DNA of 64,000 nt from an uncultured bacterium (GTDB taxonomy: Bacteria > Oederibacteriota > JAAXVQ01 > JAUVAV01). Numbering within the stretch: position 1 is the stretch's first letter; each line of letters starts with the position of its first letter. The notes beneath the pieces were generated by a model. That model did no database searches. It saw only the letters and a list, made by a program, of their open reading frames with translations, and was not told the origin of the DNA. The stretch covers positions 224,001 to 288,000 of the forward strand of contig CAVQBK010000013.1 of NCBI GenBank assembly GCA_963710755.1, read 5' to 3'. The position numbers and the translations under genes are program-made. This document shows, one piece after another, positions 36,560-45,738 of the stretch.

Positions 36560-36997
36560 TTAAAAACTCCTTTCCATCTGGGTCATCCCTGATTTTTCTG
36601 CAAAGACCTGTAATGAGGTATTTTTTAAATGTTGGATTAAGGCCTGTTCGTGTTCCCGGAAAACCGGACCTAAAGGACATTGTCCGGTGCAAAGCGGTTG
36701 ACCTAAAAGACAGTGATGGGTATCAAGCAGCCCCTCAATGGCGGTGTAAATGTCGTAAAGCGAAATTTCCTCTGCTGAACGACGAAGATAAAAGCCGCCA
36801 CTTGGTCCCCGTTTGCTGTTCACAAAGCCTTGATGTTCAAGACGCTGCATGACTTTGGCCAAATGAGCCTCTGATACTTGCAAGACTTTAGCCATTACCC
36901 TGGTTGTGGATGATGGTGCCTTTTGGGGCAGGGCTAAAAAAGCCAGGGCGTGCAGTCCCAAAGAAGCGGCTTCTGATATTTTAATAAGTCCTGGCAT
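36560..36997 (-). CDS. Rrf2-family transcriptional regulator (3-Cys, likely Fe-S binding)
   Basis: SEAHLAKVMQRL, SKRGPSGGFYL and CLLGQPLCTGQCP. Confidence 0.93.
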   Translation of the reverse strand: MPGLIKISEAASLGLHALAFLALPQKAPSSTTRVMAKVLQVSEAHLAKVMQRLEHQGFVNSKRGPSGGFYLRRSAEEISLYDIYTAIEGLLDTHHCLLGQPLCTGQCPLGPVFREHEQALIQHLKNTSLQVFAEKSGMTQMERSF

Positions 36998-37014
36998 GAC
37001 AGCCTCCTTATTCT

Positions 37015-37047
37015 GGTATTGTAATACCTTTTTTCTTTTTTTGTCAA
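37015..37047 (-). promoter_or_regulatory. sigma70 promoter of rrf2-FeS-hcp with palindromic operator over the -10 box
   Basis: TTGACA-N18-TACAAT, with GGTATT-GT-AATACC palindrome at 37015-37028. Confidence 0.62.
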
Positions 37048-37166
37048 TTTTTATTTTTATTTCCCCTCGGTGATTTTAATTTTTTTCCGTAACTGATAAT
37101 ATGGTGATTTATGCTACCATAATAGAGGACTGGCTAAATCACCAAGGACAAGTCGGGGAGCTTTGC

Positions 37167-40100
37167 ATGCCAACGCCTTGCTTTAATGCAGTCTTTGAAC
37201 CCTATTTAGCCCCATCTGTAGGCCCTGCCTTTTTGGTTGATCGTCATGGATCACTCGTGAAATGGAACCATGCCCTGACCCAATTATTGGGCTATGATCA
37301 TGACCTGCCATCGGCATTGACTTTTCAGGAGCTATGCCCTCAGGATGTGACTTGGTGGATGGGCCAGCAGGATCATCCTGCTGTAGTCACGCAAATAATA
37401 CTGTCTCTTACCACCAAAACTCAAGCTTGCATTAATAAATCGTTCACCGTGGTCTCCCTGCAAGCGGAGGAGACCGTCCTGTCACTCTTTTATGGCCAAG
37501 ATCCCAGCGGCGGTCTCAATGATAATCAATTCAAACGATTGCTCCATTCCCTCAATATCGGCTTTGCTCTTCATGAAATGATTTATGACCATCAGGGAAC
37601 ACCTGTGGATTACCTGTATTTGGAAGCCAACCCCATGTTTTGTACCTTAACCGGCCTGTCTGATCCTGTTGGCAAAACCGTTAAACTGTTGCTTCCCAAC
37701 TTGGAGCAAGAATGGCTGAATAAATTTGACACCTGCTTAAAAAACAATGAAGCCATTCATTATGAAAATTATGTTGCCGACCTGGATCGTTGGTTTGAGG
37801 CCACTGCCTATAAAGTTGCTGACCGCCAATTCGCGGTCACCTTCTCCGATAGTACGCTTCACAAACAAAATGAAGAACTCACTTTTGTTCAGCGAGAAGT
37901 GGCTCTGGCTTTTGACAGCACCATCACTGTTCAGGAATACTTGAACCATGTTTTGGCGAGCCTGACACAATTGCCACATCTGCAATTAGGCGGGATTTAT
38001 ATGGTGGATGATCACCACAATTTATCGCTGATGGTCAATACCGGCATCAGTCAGGCTTGGTTCAGGGCTGTTGCCCACTACGATCCTGATTCCCCGCAGG
38101 CGCAACTGGTAAATAATGGCAAGGCTCTTTATTTTTCCAGACAAGATCTGGTCGACAGTTCCCCTTTCCCGCTGGAAAAAGATAAAATTAAAAGTATGGC
38201 CATGATTCCGGTCATGGCTGGACAAGACCCCATTGCTTGTCTGGTCTTATCGTCGCGCACCCTAAATTCTTTTCCCCAGTATCGCCGCGCTATTCTCGAG
38301 ATCATGGCCAAGGATATGGGTCACGTCATAGGCCGTCTGCTGGCGTCGGTCAATATGCAGCGTAGTGAAGCCGAACGTCAGATCATGATGGAGGCCGCCG
38401 GACTAGCCTTGATCGAATGGAATATTATGGATAACAAAATCACCTTCAGCCCGAGCTGGCTTAGCCTATTGGGATGGAGCGAAGAGGAACTGGACAATGA
38501 GTACCGTACCTTTATTGCGCTTGTTCATCCGCAGGATATTAACCGTTTAAATAAGAATATGGATGACCACCTCCGCGGCCGCAAGGCCCGCTTTGAATGC
38601 GAATGCCGTTTTAAAACCAAACAGGGTTATTACAAATGGCTGCTTTATCGTGCCAAGGTGACACAACGCGACGCCGATGATCGCCCCTTGCGCCTGACCG
38701 GTACCCAGATGGACATTTCCGATATCAAGCGGGCTCAGGAAGTGGTTAAAACCAGCGAAGAACGGATGAATTTAGCCCTAAAAGGGGGAGACCTGGGGCT
38801 TTGGGATTGGAACATCAATACTGGGTACAGCTTTTTTAGTGATCGTGTGTACCTCATGGTGGAGCTTGACCCCAATACGGAAGTCCTGACCATGGCTCAA
38901 TGGATGACATTTATCCATCCCGATGACTTGAATAATTTCAACATTACCCTGCAGGAACATTTACTCGGCCATCTCCCCTACTTTAATAATGAATTTCGAC
39001 TCCAAACGAAGACGGGCCATACGCGATGGATCCTGGCTCAGGGCAAAATCGTGGATTACACAGCCGAAGGCAAACCCTGCCGCTTGGCCGGTACCTTTCT
39101 AGACATCTCGGAAATCAAGGCCCGGGATAGTAAAATCATGGAACTAAATCATCGCTTCCTCAAACTTTTTCAAAATAATCCCATTGCCATGCTGCTCTCC
39201 AAATTCGACGAAAACATTGTCATTGATGCCAATGATAATTTTTTCCAAACCTTCCATCTCAGCCGTCCCCAGAGCATTGGCAAGAGTTGGGAACAACTGG
39301 GTTTGTTCGCGTCTGAGGATCAGCAGGCTTTGGTTCGTGATTTAAAAAAACAAGGCTTTTTGCACAACTATGAGATCAAAGCCCACACCCATCATGGGCA
39401 GACACTTCACGGCCTGCTCAGTGCCGACTTGATCACTTCCAATAATGAAGAATGTATACTGGTCAGCTTTGTGGATTATACGGATCGCAAACTGGCGGAC
39501 ATGGCGCTCAAGCTGGAGCGGGATAAGTTCCAAACCTTTTTGGATGTGGTCAATGTCATTATCGTAGCACTTGATAAGAACGGTTGTATCCAATTCATCA
39601 ATCGCCGCGGCCTTGAACTATTGGGCTATAAGAGCGAAGAGCTCGTCGGCAAAGACTGGTTTGACTGCTGTGTTCCCGAAGAAAACCGCACTCTCGTCAG
39701 AACGGTGTTTATGCAAATAATTGGGGGCGCCAGTGCTTTCATCGATCAATTTGAGAACGAGATCATTACCAAAACCGGCGAACACCGGATCATCGCCTGG
39801 AAAAACACCATTCTAAAAAATCACGTCAGCCTGCCCTATGCCTCACTCAGCTCGGGGGAAGATATTACTGAACGCAAGCGTGCAGAAGAAGCCTTGCGTT
39901 TGAGCGAGGAGCGTAAAGAACTGGCCATTTGGGGAGGCAACATCGGGCTGTGGGATTGGGATATTATTTCCAATGAAATATTCGTCAACGAGCAGTGGCA
40001 AAATATGGTTAATTACCACAGTGACGAAGGCGTGCTAAATTATGACGTCATTAAAAACCTCTTTCATAGCGAAGACTGGCCAATCATGGAAGAGCAGATA

Positions 40101-42665
40101 CGACTTAATCTGAATGGTCAAAGTCCTTTCCTCAAGGTGGAGGCCCGTCTCCTGGTCAACGCCAAGGAATGGCGCTGGTTCAGCATCCGTGGACGGGTGG
40201 TGGCCCGCAGTGAATTCGGCGAACCTTTACGTATGACCGGAACCCAAATAGACATGACTGAGAAAAAACTGGTGGAAAATAATCTGATCCTCGCCAAGGA
40301 GGAAGTGGAAGCCGCCAATACTGAACTGGAAGAAGCCATTGCACATGCCGAGAAGTTGGCCAAAGAAGCCGAAGCCGCCAACGTCGCTAAAAGTGAGTTC
40401 TTGGCCAATATCAGTCATGAAATCCGCACCCCTATGAACGGCATTGTAGGATTCACGGAAATGTTACTTGAGAGCAAGCTCACCATTGATCAACGGCACT
40501 TCCTGGAAAGCATCCTTAGCAGTGCTGATGCCTTGATGCATCTCATTAATGATATTCTGGACTTGTCCAAAATCGAATCGGGACAGGTGGACCTGGAGGA
40601 GATCCCCTTCAATCTGGAGAGTTTAATCTACGACTGCCTGGATTTGATCCAAGCCAAGGCCGGTGATAAATCCCTTGAATTCCAGTGCGATCTTGATGAT
40701 TTTCCCAAACAGTTTGTCGGCGACCCTACCCGGCTGCGGCAAATCCTGACCAACCTATTGGACAATGCTGTTAAATTCACCCATCAGGGCGAGATTGGAC
40801 TTTCGGCCCGGGCGGTTAAAACCACGGACGATCAAGTACTGCTACAGTTTGTGGTTCATGACACAGGTATCGGCATCCCGGAAAACAAGTTGGAAAGCAT
40901 TTTCGATCCCTTTACCCAGGTAGACGGCTCCATCAACCGGCTCTATGGGGGCACGGGCCTGGGGTTGACCATATGTCAAAAACTGATCCACTTGATGCAG
41001 GGTCAACTTAAAGTGGACACAGTCCTGAACCAGGGGACGGATTTTACTTTCACCTTGTGGCTAAAACGGCAACTGAGCAGGAAACCCGATGCAGCTGGCG
41101 GCGATAATGTGCAAGCCTTGGGCAATCTCAAACTCCTGGTGATCGAGGATAACCCCACCACCCTGCGCATCTTGACAAAACATCTGACCCAGATGGGCCT
41201 GCAGTTTGATTGTGCCCAGAGCCACCAAGAAGCAGCCCGCTTTTTAAGCGAGTCCAATGCCTATGATGTCATTCTGACCGATATCAACTTCCTTGATTTG
41301 ATCCCAGCTTCCAAGGAGCGGGCGCATACCGCTGGCAACCCATGCTATTTTGCTTTATTGAATAATTTTGAACGCCATAAAATCAGAGAGCGGGAACATC
41401 ATTTAAGCGGCCTGCTCATTAAGCCAGTGCGGCCCAACGTATTGCTGACTCAACTGCAAAAGCTGGCCTCTGGCGCACCCGCCCCGCTCCCCTCCGAATC
41501 CAAATCCCTTACCTTGGCCGCAACGGGCAAAGGACTTTCCATTTTGCTGGCAGAGGATAATGAAGCCAATCAAAAAATCACTACTTTGATGTTGCAACGA
41601 CTGGGGCATCAAACCGATATCGCCTCCAATGGCCAGCAGGCGCTTCATATGGCCGGATCCAAACAATATGACTTGATTTTCATGGACATGCAAATGCCGG
41701 ATATGGATGGGTTAAGGGCCACTCAGGAGCTTCGCCGCCAGGGTTGCCTGACTCCGATTATTGCCTTGACCGCCAATGCCATGGAGCAAGATCGCCAGCG
41801 CTGCCTGGACGCCGGCATGAATGATTACCTGAGCAAACCCATCAAACAAAAACATCTGATCCAAATGATTCAGCACCATACCACCTACAAGGAATCCCCC
41901 ATGCTGGCGGAGAATATCAGGATTTTATTTATCGAGGATGATGAGTACTTTGTAAAAATGTTCAATGATCAACTTAAGCGGTATCTGCCCAATGCCTCTC
42001 TCAATATGACCGCCAATTTTGTGCAGGCTTGCGTCTGGCTGGGCAGCTATCAACCGGATCTGGTGATTATTGACATGATGACAAAACAGGCAGAAGTTCA
42101 GGACCTACTGGATTTCATCAGATCCGATGCCCATTACCAACGCATTAAAATCGTACTGCTCTATTCGCCGGAAAACAATCAGGCAGGAGAGCTGGCACAT
42201 TTTCAGGAAGGCTATCACGTGTTGCTCATTTCCAAGGCCATTAATATTAAACGCTTTATTTTCATGATCCGGCAGCTGGCCGAAGACAACTTCATTTTAC
42301 CTTCCGATATGCTTCCGGGGCAAACGTCTTTGATTGAGGCCATCAGCAGCGAACTGGGCATTGCGCCCAATGATTATCAGCAGGTGCTGGACATCTTTAC
42401 GGAAAAAACGGAACGTAAGGTGCAGTTAATTCAAGAGGCGCTGGATCATCAGGATCATCAATCTATTGCCAACCATGCCCATTCCATTAAAGGCAGTGCC
42501 TTATCTTTGAGATTATTCGCCATTGCCACCCCCGCTAAAAAAATAGAACGCCTGGCCAAAGCTCACCACCTGGACCTCATTCCCGGGGAATTGCAGACTT
42601 TGCAAAAGATGCACGAAAGTCTGAAAGCCATGATCGAAAAAGATTCGCCCCTCAAGGATGAATAA
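37167..42665 (+). CDS. Cytoplasmic hybrid sensor histidine kinase (multiple PAS, GAF, HisKA, HATPase, 3 REC, HPt)
   Basis: PAS repeats (GLWDWNI...HPDD), KSEFLANISHEIRTPMNG, GGTGLGL, FMDMQMPDMDG and AHSIKGSA (HPt). Confidence 0.94.
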   Translation: MPTPCFNAVFEPYLAPSVGPAFLVDRHGSLVKWNHALTQLLGYDHDLPSALTFQELCPQDVTWWMGQQDHPAVVTQIILSLTTKTQACINKSFTVVSLQAEETVLSLFYGQDPSGGLNDNQFKRLLHSLNIGFALHEMIYDHQGTPVDYLYLEANPMFCTLTGLSDPVGKTVKLLLPNLEQEWLNKFDTCLKNNEAIHYENYVADLDRWFEATAYKVADRQFAVTFSDSTLHKQNEELTFVQREVALAFDSTITVQEYLNHVLASLTQLPHLQLGGIYMVDDHHNLSLMVNTGISQAWFRAVAHYDPDSPQAQLVNNGKALYFSRQDLVDSSPFPLEKDKIKSMAMIPVMAGQDPIACLVLSSRTLNSFPQYRRAILEIMAKDMGHVIGRLLASVNMQRSEAERQIMMEAAGLALIEWNIMDNKITFSPSWLSLLGWSEEELDNEYRTFIALVHPQDINRLNKNMDDHLRGRKARFECECRFKTKQGYYKWLLYRAKVTQRDADDRPLRLTGTQMDISDIKRAQEVVKTSEERMNLALKGGDLGLWDWNINTGYSFFSDRVYLMVELDPNTEVLTMAQWMTFIHPDDLNNFNITLQEHLLGHLPYFNNEFRLQTKTGHTRWILAQGKIVDYTAEGKPCRLAGTFLDISEIKARDSKIMELNHRFLKLFQNNPIAMLLSKFDENIVIDANDNFFQTFHLSRPQSIGKSWEQLGLFASEDQQALVRDLKKQGFLHNYEIKAHTHHGQTLHGLLSADLITSNNEECILVSFVDYTDRKLADMALKLERDKFQTFLDVVNVIIVALDKNGCIQFINRRGLELLGYKSEELVGKDWFDCCVPEENRTLVRTVFMQIIGGASAFIDQFENEIITKTGEHRIIAWKNTILKNHVSLPYASLSSGEDITERKRAEEALRLSEERKELAIWGGNIGLWDWDIISNEIFVNEQWQNMVNYHSDEGVLNYDVIKNLFHSEDWPIMEEQIRLNLNGQSPFLKVEARLLVNAKEWRWFSIRGRVVARSEFGEPLRMTGTQIDMTEKKLVENNLILAKEEVEAANTELEEAIAHAEKLAKEAEAANVAKSEFLANISHEIRTPMNGIVGFTEMLLESKLTIDQRHFLESILSSADALMHLINDILDLSKIESGQVDLEEIPFNLESLIYDCLDLIQAKAGDKSLEFQCDLDDFPKQFVGDPTRLRQILTNLLDNAVKFTHQGEIGLSARAVKTTDDQVLLQFVVHDTGIGIPENKLESIFDPFTQVDGSINRLYGGTGLGLTICQKLIHLMQGQLKVDTVLNQGTDFTFTLWLKRQLSRKPDAAGGDNVQALGNLKLLVIEDNPTTLRILTKHLTQMGLQFDCAQSHQEAARFLSESNAYDVILTDINFLDLIPASKERAHTAGNPCYFALLNNFERHKIREREHHLSGLLIKPVRPNVLLTQLQKLASGAPAPLPSESKSLTLAATGKGLSILLAEDNEANQKITTLMLQRLGHQTDIASNGQQALHMAGSKQYDLIFMDMQMPDMDGLRATQELRRQGCLTPIIALTANAMEQDRQRCLDAGMNDYLSKPIKQKHLIQMIQHHTTYKESPMLAENIRILFIEDDEYFVKMFNDQLKRYLPNASLNMTANFVQACVWLGSYQPDLVIIDMMTKQAEVQDLLDFIRSDAHYQRIKIVLLYSPENNQAGELAHFQEGYHVLLISKAINIKRFIFMIRQLAEDNFILPSDMLPGQTSLIEAISSELGIAPNDYQQVLDIFTEKTERKVQLIQEALDHQDHQSIANHAHSIKGSALSLRLFAIATPAKKIERLAKAHHLDLIPGELQTLQKMHESLKAMIEKDSPLKDE

Positions 42666-42981
42666 ATCGAACGCTCACCTTCTCCAAACTAATCATGCCC
42701 TCCTTAATCATAGGCTGGACTTCCGTCAAAAAGGCCTCGATGGTCTCGAGTTGATCGACTATTTCGATGACCAGGGGCAGGTCCTCCGATAACCTGAGCA
42801 CCTTGGCGGTATGCAGATGTTTATGATGACCATATCCTAATATCCCTTTTAACACCGTCACGCCTTTTATCCCGCGGGCTCTCGCCAAATCCACAATTTT
42901 CTCCACTAAAGGATGATGCTCAGCTTTATCTTCCTCCCCGATAAAAATTCTGCATAACGATGCTTCCTGTTCCTCAAGCAT
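42652..42981 (-). CDS. DUF190 (PII-like) protein
   Basis: RIFIGEED, GVTVLKGILGYG and LSEDLPLVIEIVD; the usual partner of crcB. Confidence 0.92.
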   Translation of the reverse strand: MLEEQEASLCRIFIGEEDKAEHHPLVEKIVDLARARGIKGVTVLKGILGYGHHKHLHTAKVLRLSEDLPLVIEIVDQLETIEAFLTEVQPMIKEGMISLEKVSVRFIHP

Positions 42982-43131
42982 AGTGCCCCCTTTTCCTCTT
43001 CCATGGGATGATTAATTTATCCTGGGCCAGCCTCAGGATATCCGATACGGGGGGTAATAAACAACGGCATTCCCCCTTCACTTCCAGAGCGAACGGGCGC
43101 CGGGCACAGCCCGCAGGTATTCGGGAAGGTA

Positions 43132-43503
43132 TTAAATCCACTTACCAATGGCCAGTCCCAGGAAGAGAGCTAAAAGCCCCATGGTGTTTTGCAAACCCAG
43201 ATTGCCCAAGGCCAGCCAGAACTCTCCTTCCCGCAGAAGCTGGCCGGTCTCGAACATAAACGTCGAGAAGGTCGTAAAAGCCCCCATAAACCCGGTTAAA
43301 ATCATCATGCGCACTTCCGGCGTCACCTGTATCCGCTGCTCGGCCGCCGACCATATCAATCCGAATAATAAGGAGCCCAGAAGATTAACCGCTACCGTAC
43401 CCCAGGGAAAAAGTCCGCCACTCCAGCGCTGGACCAGCCCCGCCAACCCGTACCGGCTCAATGTGCCCAAGGCGCCACCAAAGGCTATCCAAATCCAAGT
43501 CAT
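43132..43503 (-). CDS. crcB: Fluoride efflux channel Fluc/CrcB
   Basis: GGALGTLSRY, PWGTVAVNLLG and TGFMGAFTTFSTF. Confidence 0.96.
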   Translation of the reverse strand: MTWIWIAFGGALGTLSRYGLAGLVQRWSGGLFPWGTVAVNLLGSLLFGLIWSAAEQRIQVTPEVRMMILTGFMGAFTTFSTFMFETGQLLREGEFWLALGNLGLQNTMGLLALFLGLAIGKWI

Positions 43504-43682
43504 AAGTTTGCGCTCCCTTGTTATAATGATATTTTCTGATTATGGCGATCTCCAGCCCAGCCGTCAACCTCAAAGCCGCTGCGTATTTGCCGTTGCCAAT
43601 AATATCCAAAGCAGGGTACCCTGGAGGACGTAAGCAACCCCTGGTTCGAGCTACGGGGAGTGATAAAAGGAGTCCCAACAGC

Positions 43683-44420
43683 ATGCCGGAAGATAAAATA
43701 CGACTCTCCAAGTTAATGTCCGAAAAAAAGATATGCTCCCGCCGGGAAGCGGATGGCTTTATTGAAAAAGGGTGGGTTCTGGTGGATGGCGAACAGGTGA
43801 CCGTTCTGGGCACCAAAGTTTTTCCTCACCAACGTATTGAATTGTCCACTGCCGCCCAAGTGCTGCTGGCACGGCAGGCCACTATTATTCTGAACAAACC
43901 AGTAGGTTATGTTTCGGGCCAGGCGGAAAAAGGGTATCTGCCGGCCGTAACTTTAATCACCCCTGATCGCCAGTTAACTGCTGACCGGCGTAAAAGACCC
44001 TTTTCGCCTCAATGCTTGAAAGGCTTGGCCCCGGCCGGTCGCTTGGATATTGATTCCTATGGTCTGTTGGTCTTAACCCAGGAGGGTCGGCTGGCCAAGG
44101 AATTGATCGGCGAACACAGCCAGATTGAAAAAGAATATCAGGTCACGGTAGAGGGTTTTGTCAACGCGGAAAAATTAAACCGGTTGCGTTTTGGGCTGAC
44201 GCTGGACGGCAGACCTTTAAAAAAGGCTGCGGTCACGGTCCGCAAGCCTGGACAACTCACTTTTATCTTAAAGGAAGGAAAGAAACGGCAAATACGCCGA
44301 ATGTGCGAGGCTTTGGATTTAAAGGTCGTCCAGTTAAAACGGGTCAGAATTGGCAGGATTAAACTGGGGTCTTTGCCCCTGGGACAATGGCGCTACCTGG
44401 GACCTCAGGAAAGGTTTTAG
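43683..44420 (+). CDS. RsuA/RluB/RluF-family rRNA pseudouridine synthase
   Basis: S4 domain (RLSKLM...CSRREAD), LNKPVGY, GRLDIDS catalytic Asp and EGKKRQIRRM. AGGAG RBS. Confidence 0.94.
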   Translation: MPEDKIRLSKLMSEKKICSRREADGFIEKGWVLVDGEQVTVLGTKVFPHQRIELSTAAQVLLARQATIILNKPVGYVSGQAEKGYLPAVTLITPDRQLTADRRKRPFSPQCLKGLAPAGRLDIDSYGLLVLTQEGRLAKELIGEHSQIEKEYQVTVEGFVNAEKLNRLRFGLTLDGRPLKKAAVTVRKPGQLTFILKEGKKRQIRRMCEALDLKVVQLKRVRIGRIKLGSLPLGQWRYLGPQERF

Positions 44421-44422
44421 CT

Positions 44423-45460
44423 TTATTTAATCACCATGGTGACCGGTGCGCTCATGGCCGTCTCTTTGCCTTCTCTGTCCAGCGCAGATACGGCAAAGGA
44501 CCAAATGCCCGGCGGCAATTGATCCACAAAAATAAAATTTTCTTTTTGAGCCCGCGCGGACTGACGTACCGGCCTTTGACTGTTAGGCCCGCGGCGATAA
44601 ACATAATAACGCCGCCATAACACGTCATCCACCCAATAAATGAACAGCTTCGATCCCACGGTTTTATAGCGCGGCTTTGAGGGCGGCTCACTAGATCGGG
44701 TCAACAGCTTACTAAGCTGATTATAGCCCAAAGACAGGTTGTTCAAATCCAGGTCACGAGCTTCCAGATCTTTCTCCAGCTTGATTACTCTTTGCTTTAA
44801 TTGTGTTTGCGCTTGGCCGGAAGTTGTTTGTAAGCGCTCCAATTCCGCGCGAAACCCGTTGAATTGATGGTAGATCAGAAAGGTGACCATTGCCCCAATA
44901 GCCGCGCCTGCCAACAGGCCTGAAACCCATCCGGCTCGACCGGGCCGCCTCACGGCAGCCAACAGCGCCGCGACTCCCCTTTTGACCATGCCCAACCAGG
45001 TCTTCGTCCGGTCCATTTTTTGGAACCACCAGCTTAAGACTGCCACCGCCTTAGCTTCCGACCTGGTCCGCTCCGGTGCTGGCACAAGGGGCTCTTGCTC
45101 GATTGGCACTGCCGACGGCCCTTCAAGGGAAGCAAGCGTATCAGGCAAATGGTCATCTTCCTGGGGGGCTGGTGCGGGCAGCATAGCATTGGCACCAACA
45201 GCGGTCTCGGATTCTGGAAAGCCGACCATCTCCTGGTCCTGGTTGGACTTGGTCGTTTGGTCTGCAAAAAAAAGGTTAATTTGATTGGTTTTGATAGCTT
45301 CCATCAGGTTCCGGACCTGCTCCAACTTCTGGAGATTGGAGAGAAGCAACGAACCACCGCACCAGGGTTCGGGGTTGTCCAAGTCCAAAGCATCTTTGGA
45401 GAGAAAGGCCGCAGGCCCAAAAACATTGGGGGGTAGCTTTTTACCTGATGATTCTGTCAT
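44423..45460 (-). CDS. Hypothetical bitopic membrane protein (disordered N-terminus, TM, coiled coil, FN3-like C-terminus)
   Basis: TM helix GWVSGLLAGAAIGAMVTFLIY, heptad region, and W...YYVYR...FAVSALD..GKE..S pattern. Confidence 0.65.
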   Translation of the reverse strand: MTESSGKKLPPNVFGPAAFLSKDALDLDNPEPWCGGSLLLSNLQKLEQVRNLMEAIKTNQINLFFADQTTKSNQDQEMVGFPESETAVGANAMLPAPAPQEDDHLPDTLASLEGPSAVPIEQEPLVPAPERTRSEAKAVAVLSWWFQKMDRTKTWLGMVKRGVAALLAAVRRPGRAGWVSGLLAGAAIGAMVTFLIYHQFNGFRAELERLQTTSGQAQTQLKQRVIKLEKDLEARDLDLNNLSLGYNQLSKLLTRSSEPPSKPRYKTVGSKLFIYWVDDVLWRRYYVYRRGPNSQRPVRQSARAQKENFIFVDQLPPGIWSFAVSALDREGKETAMSAPVTMVIK

Positions 45461-45738
45461 GCTCAACCCTCTAATAATTCGTCCAGCGTAGGCAAGACAC
45501 TTGCCAGCCAAAATTCAGGGATTTATCCCGGTGACGTTGAAGTTTCACTTTTTTATTATCAATACGCGCTTTAAGCCTCAGGCCTGCCTGGTTTGGCACC
45601 GATACTTCAGGAAGCGGGGCTGGCCGGGGCACACCTCTCTTTGTTTGACAAGAGTGCCCGTACAATATTATAACTATAGCATCTTTTAAAAAGATTTCCA
45701 GTACTTGCCCCTATCTGAGATAAAGTGAGGCTTAAGGC

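Noticed and set aside
43017-43070. 17-codon ORF (MPLFITPRIGYPEAGPG) with a purine-rich RBS between crcB and DUF190
   Set aside because: Too short to support without conservation data.
43611-43660. GGTTCGA T-loop-like sequence suggesting a tRNA
   Set aside because: No cloverleaf: acceptor, D and anticodon arms cannot be formed, and there is no CCA end.
43504-43682. Expected fluoride riboswitch upstream of crcB
   Set aside because: Consensus elements were not found on the coding strand, so it is not annotated as an ncRNA.
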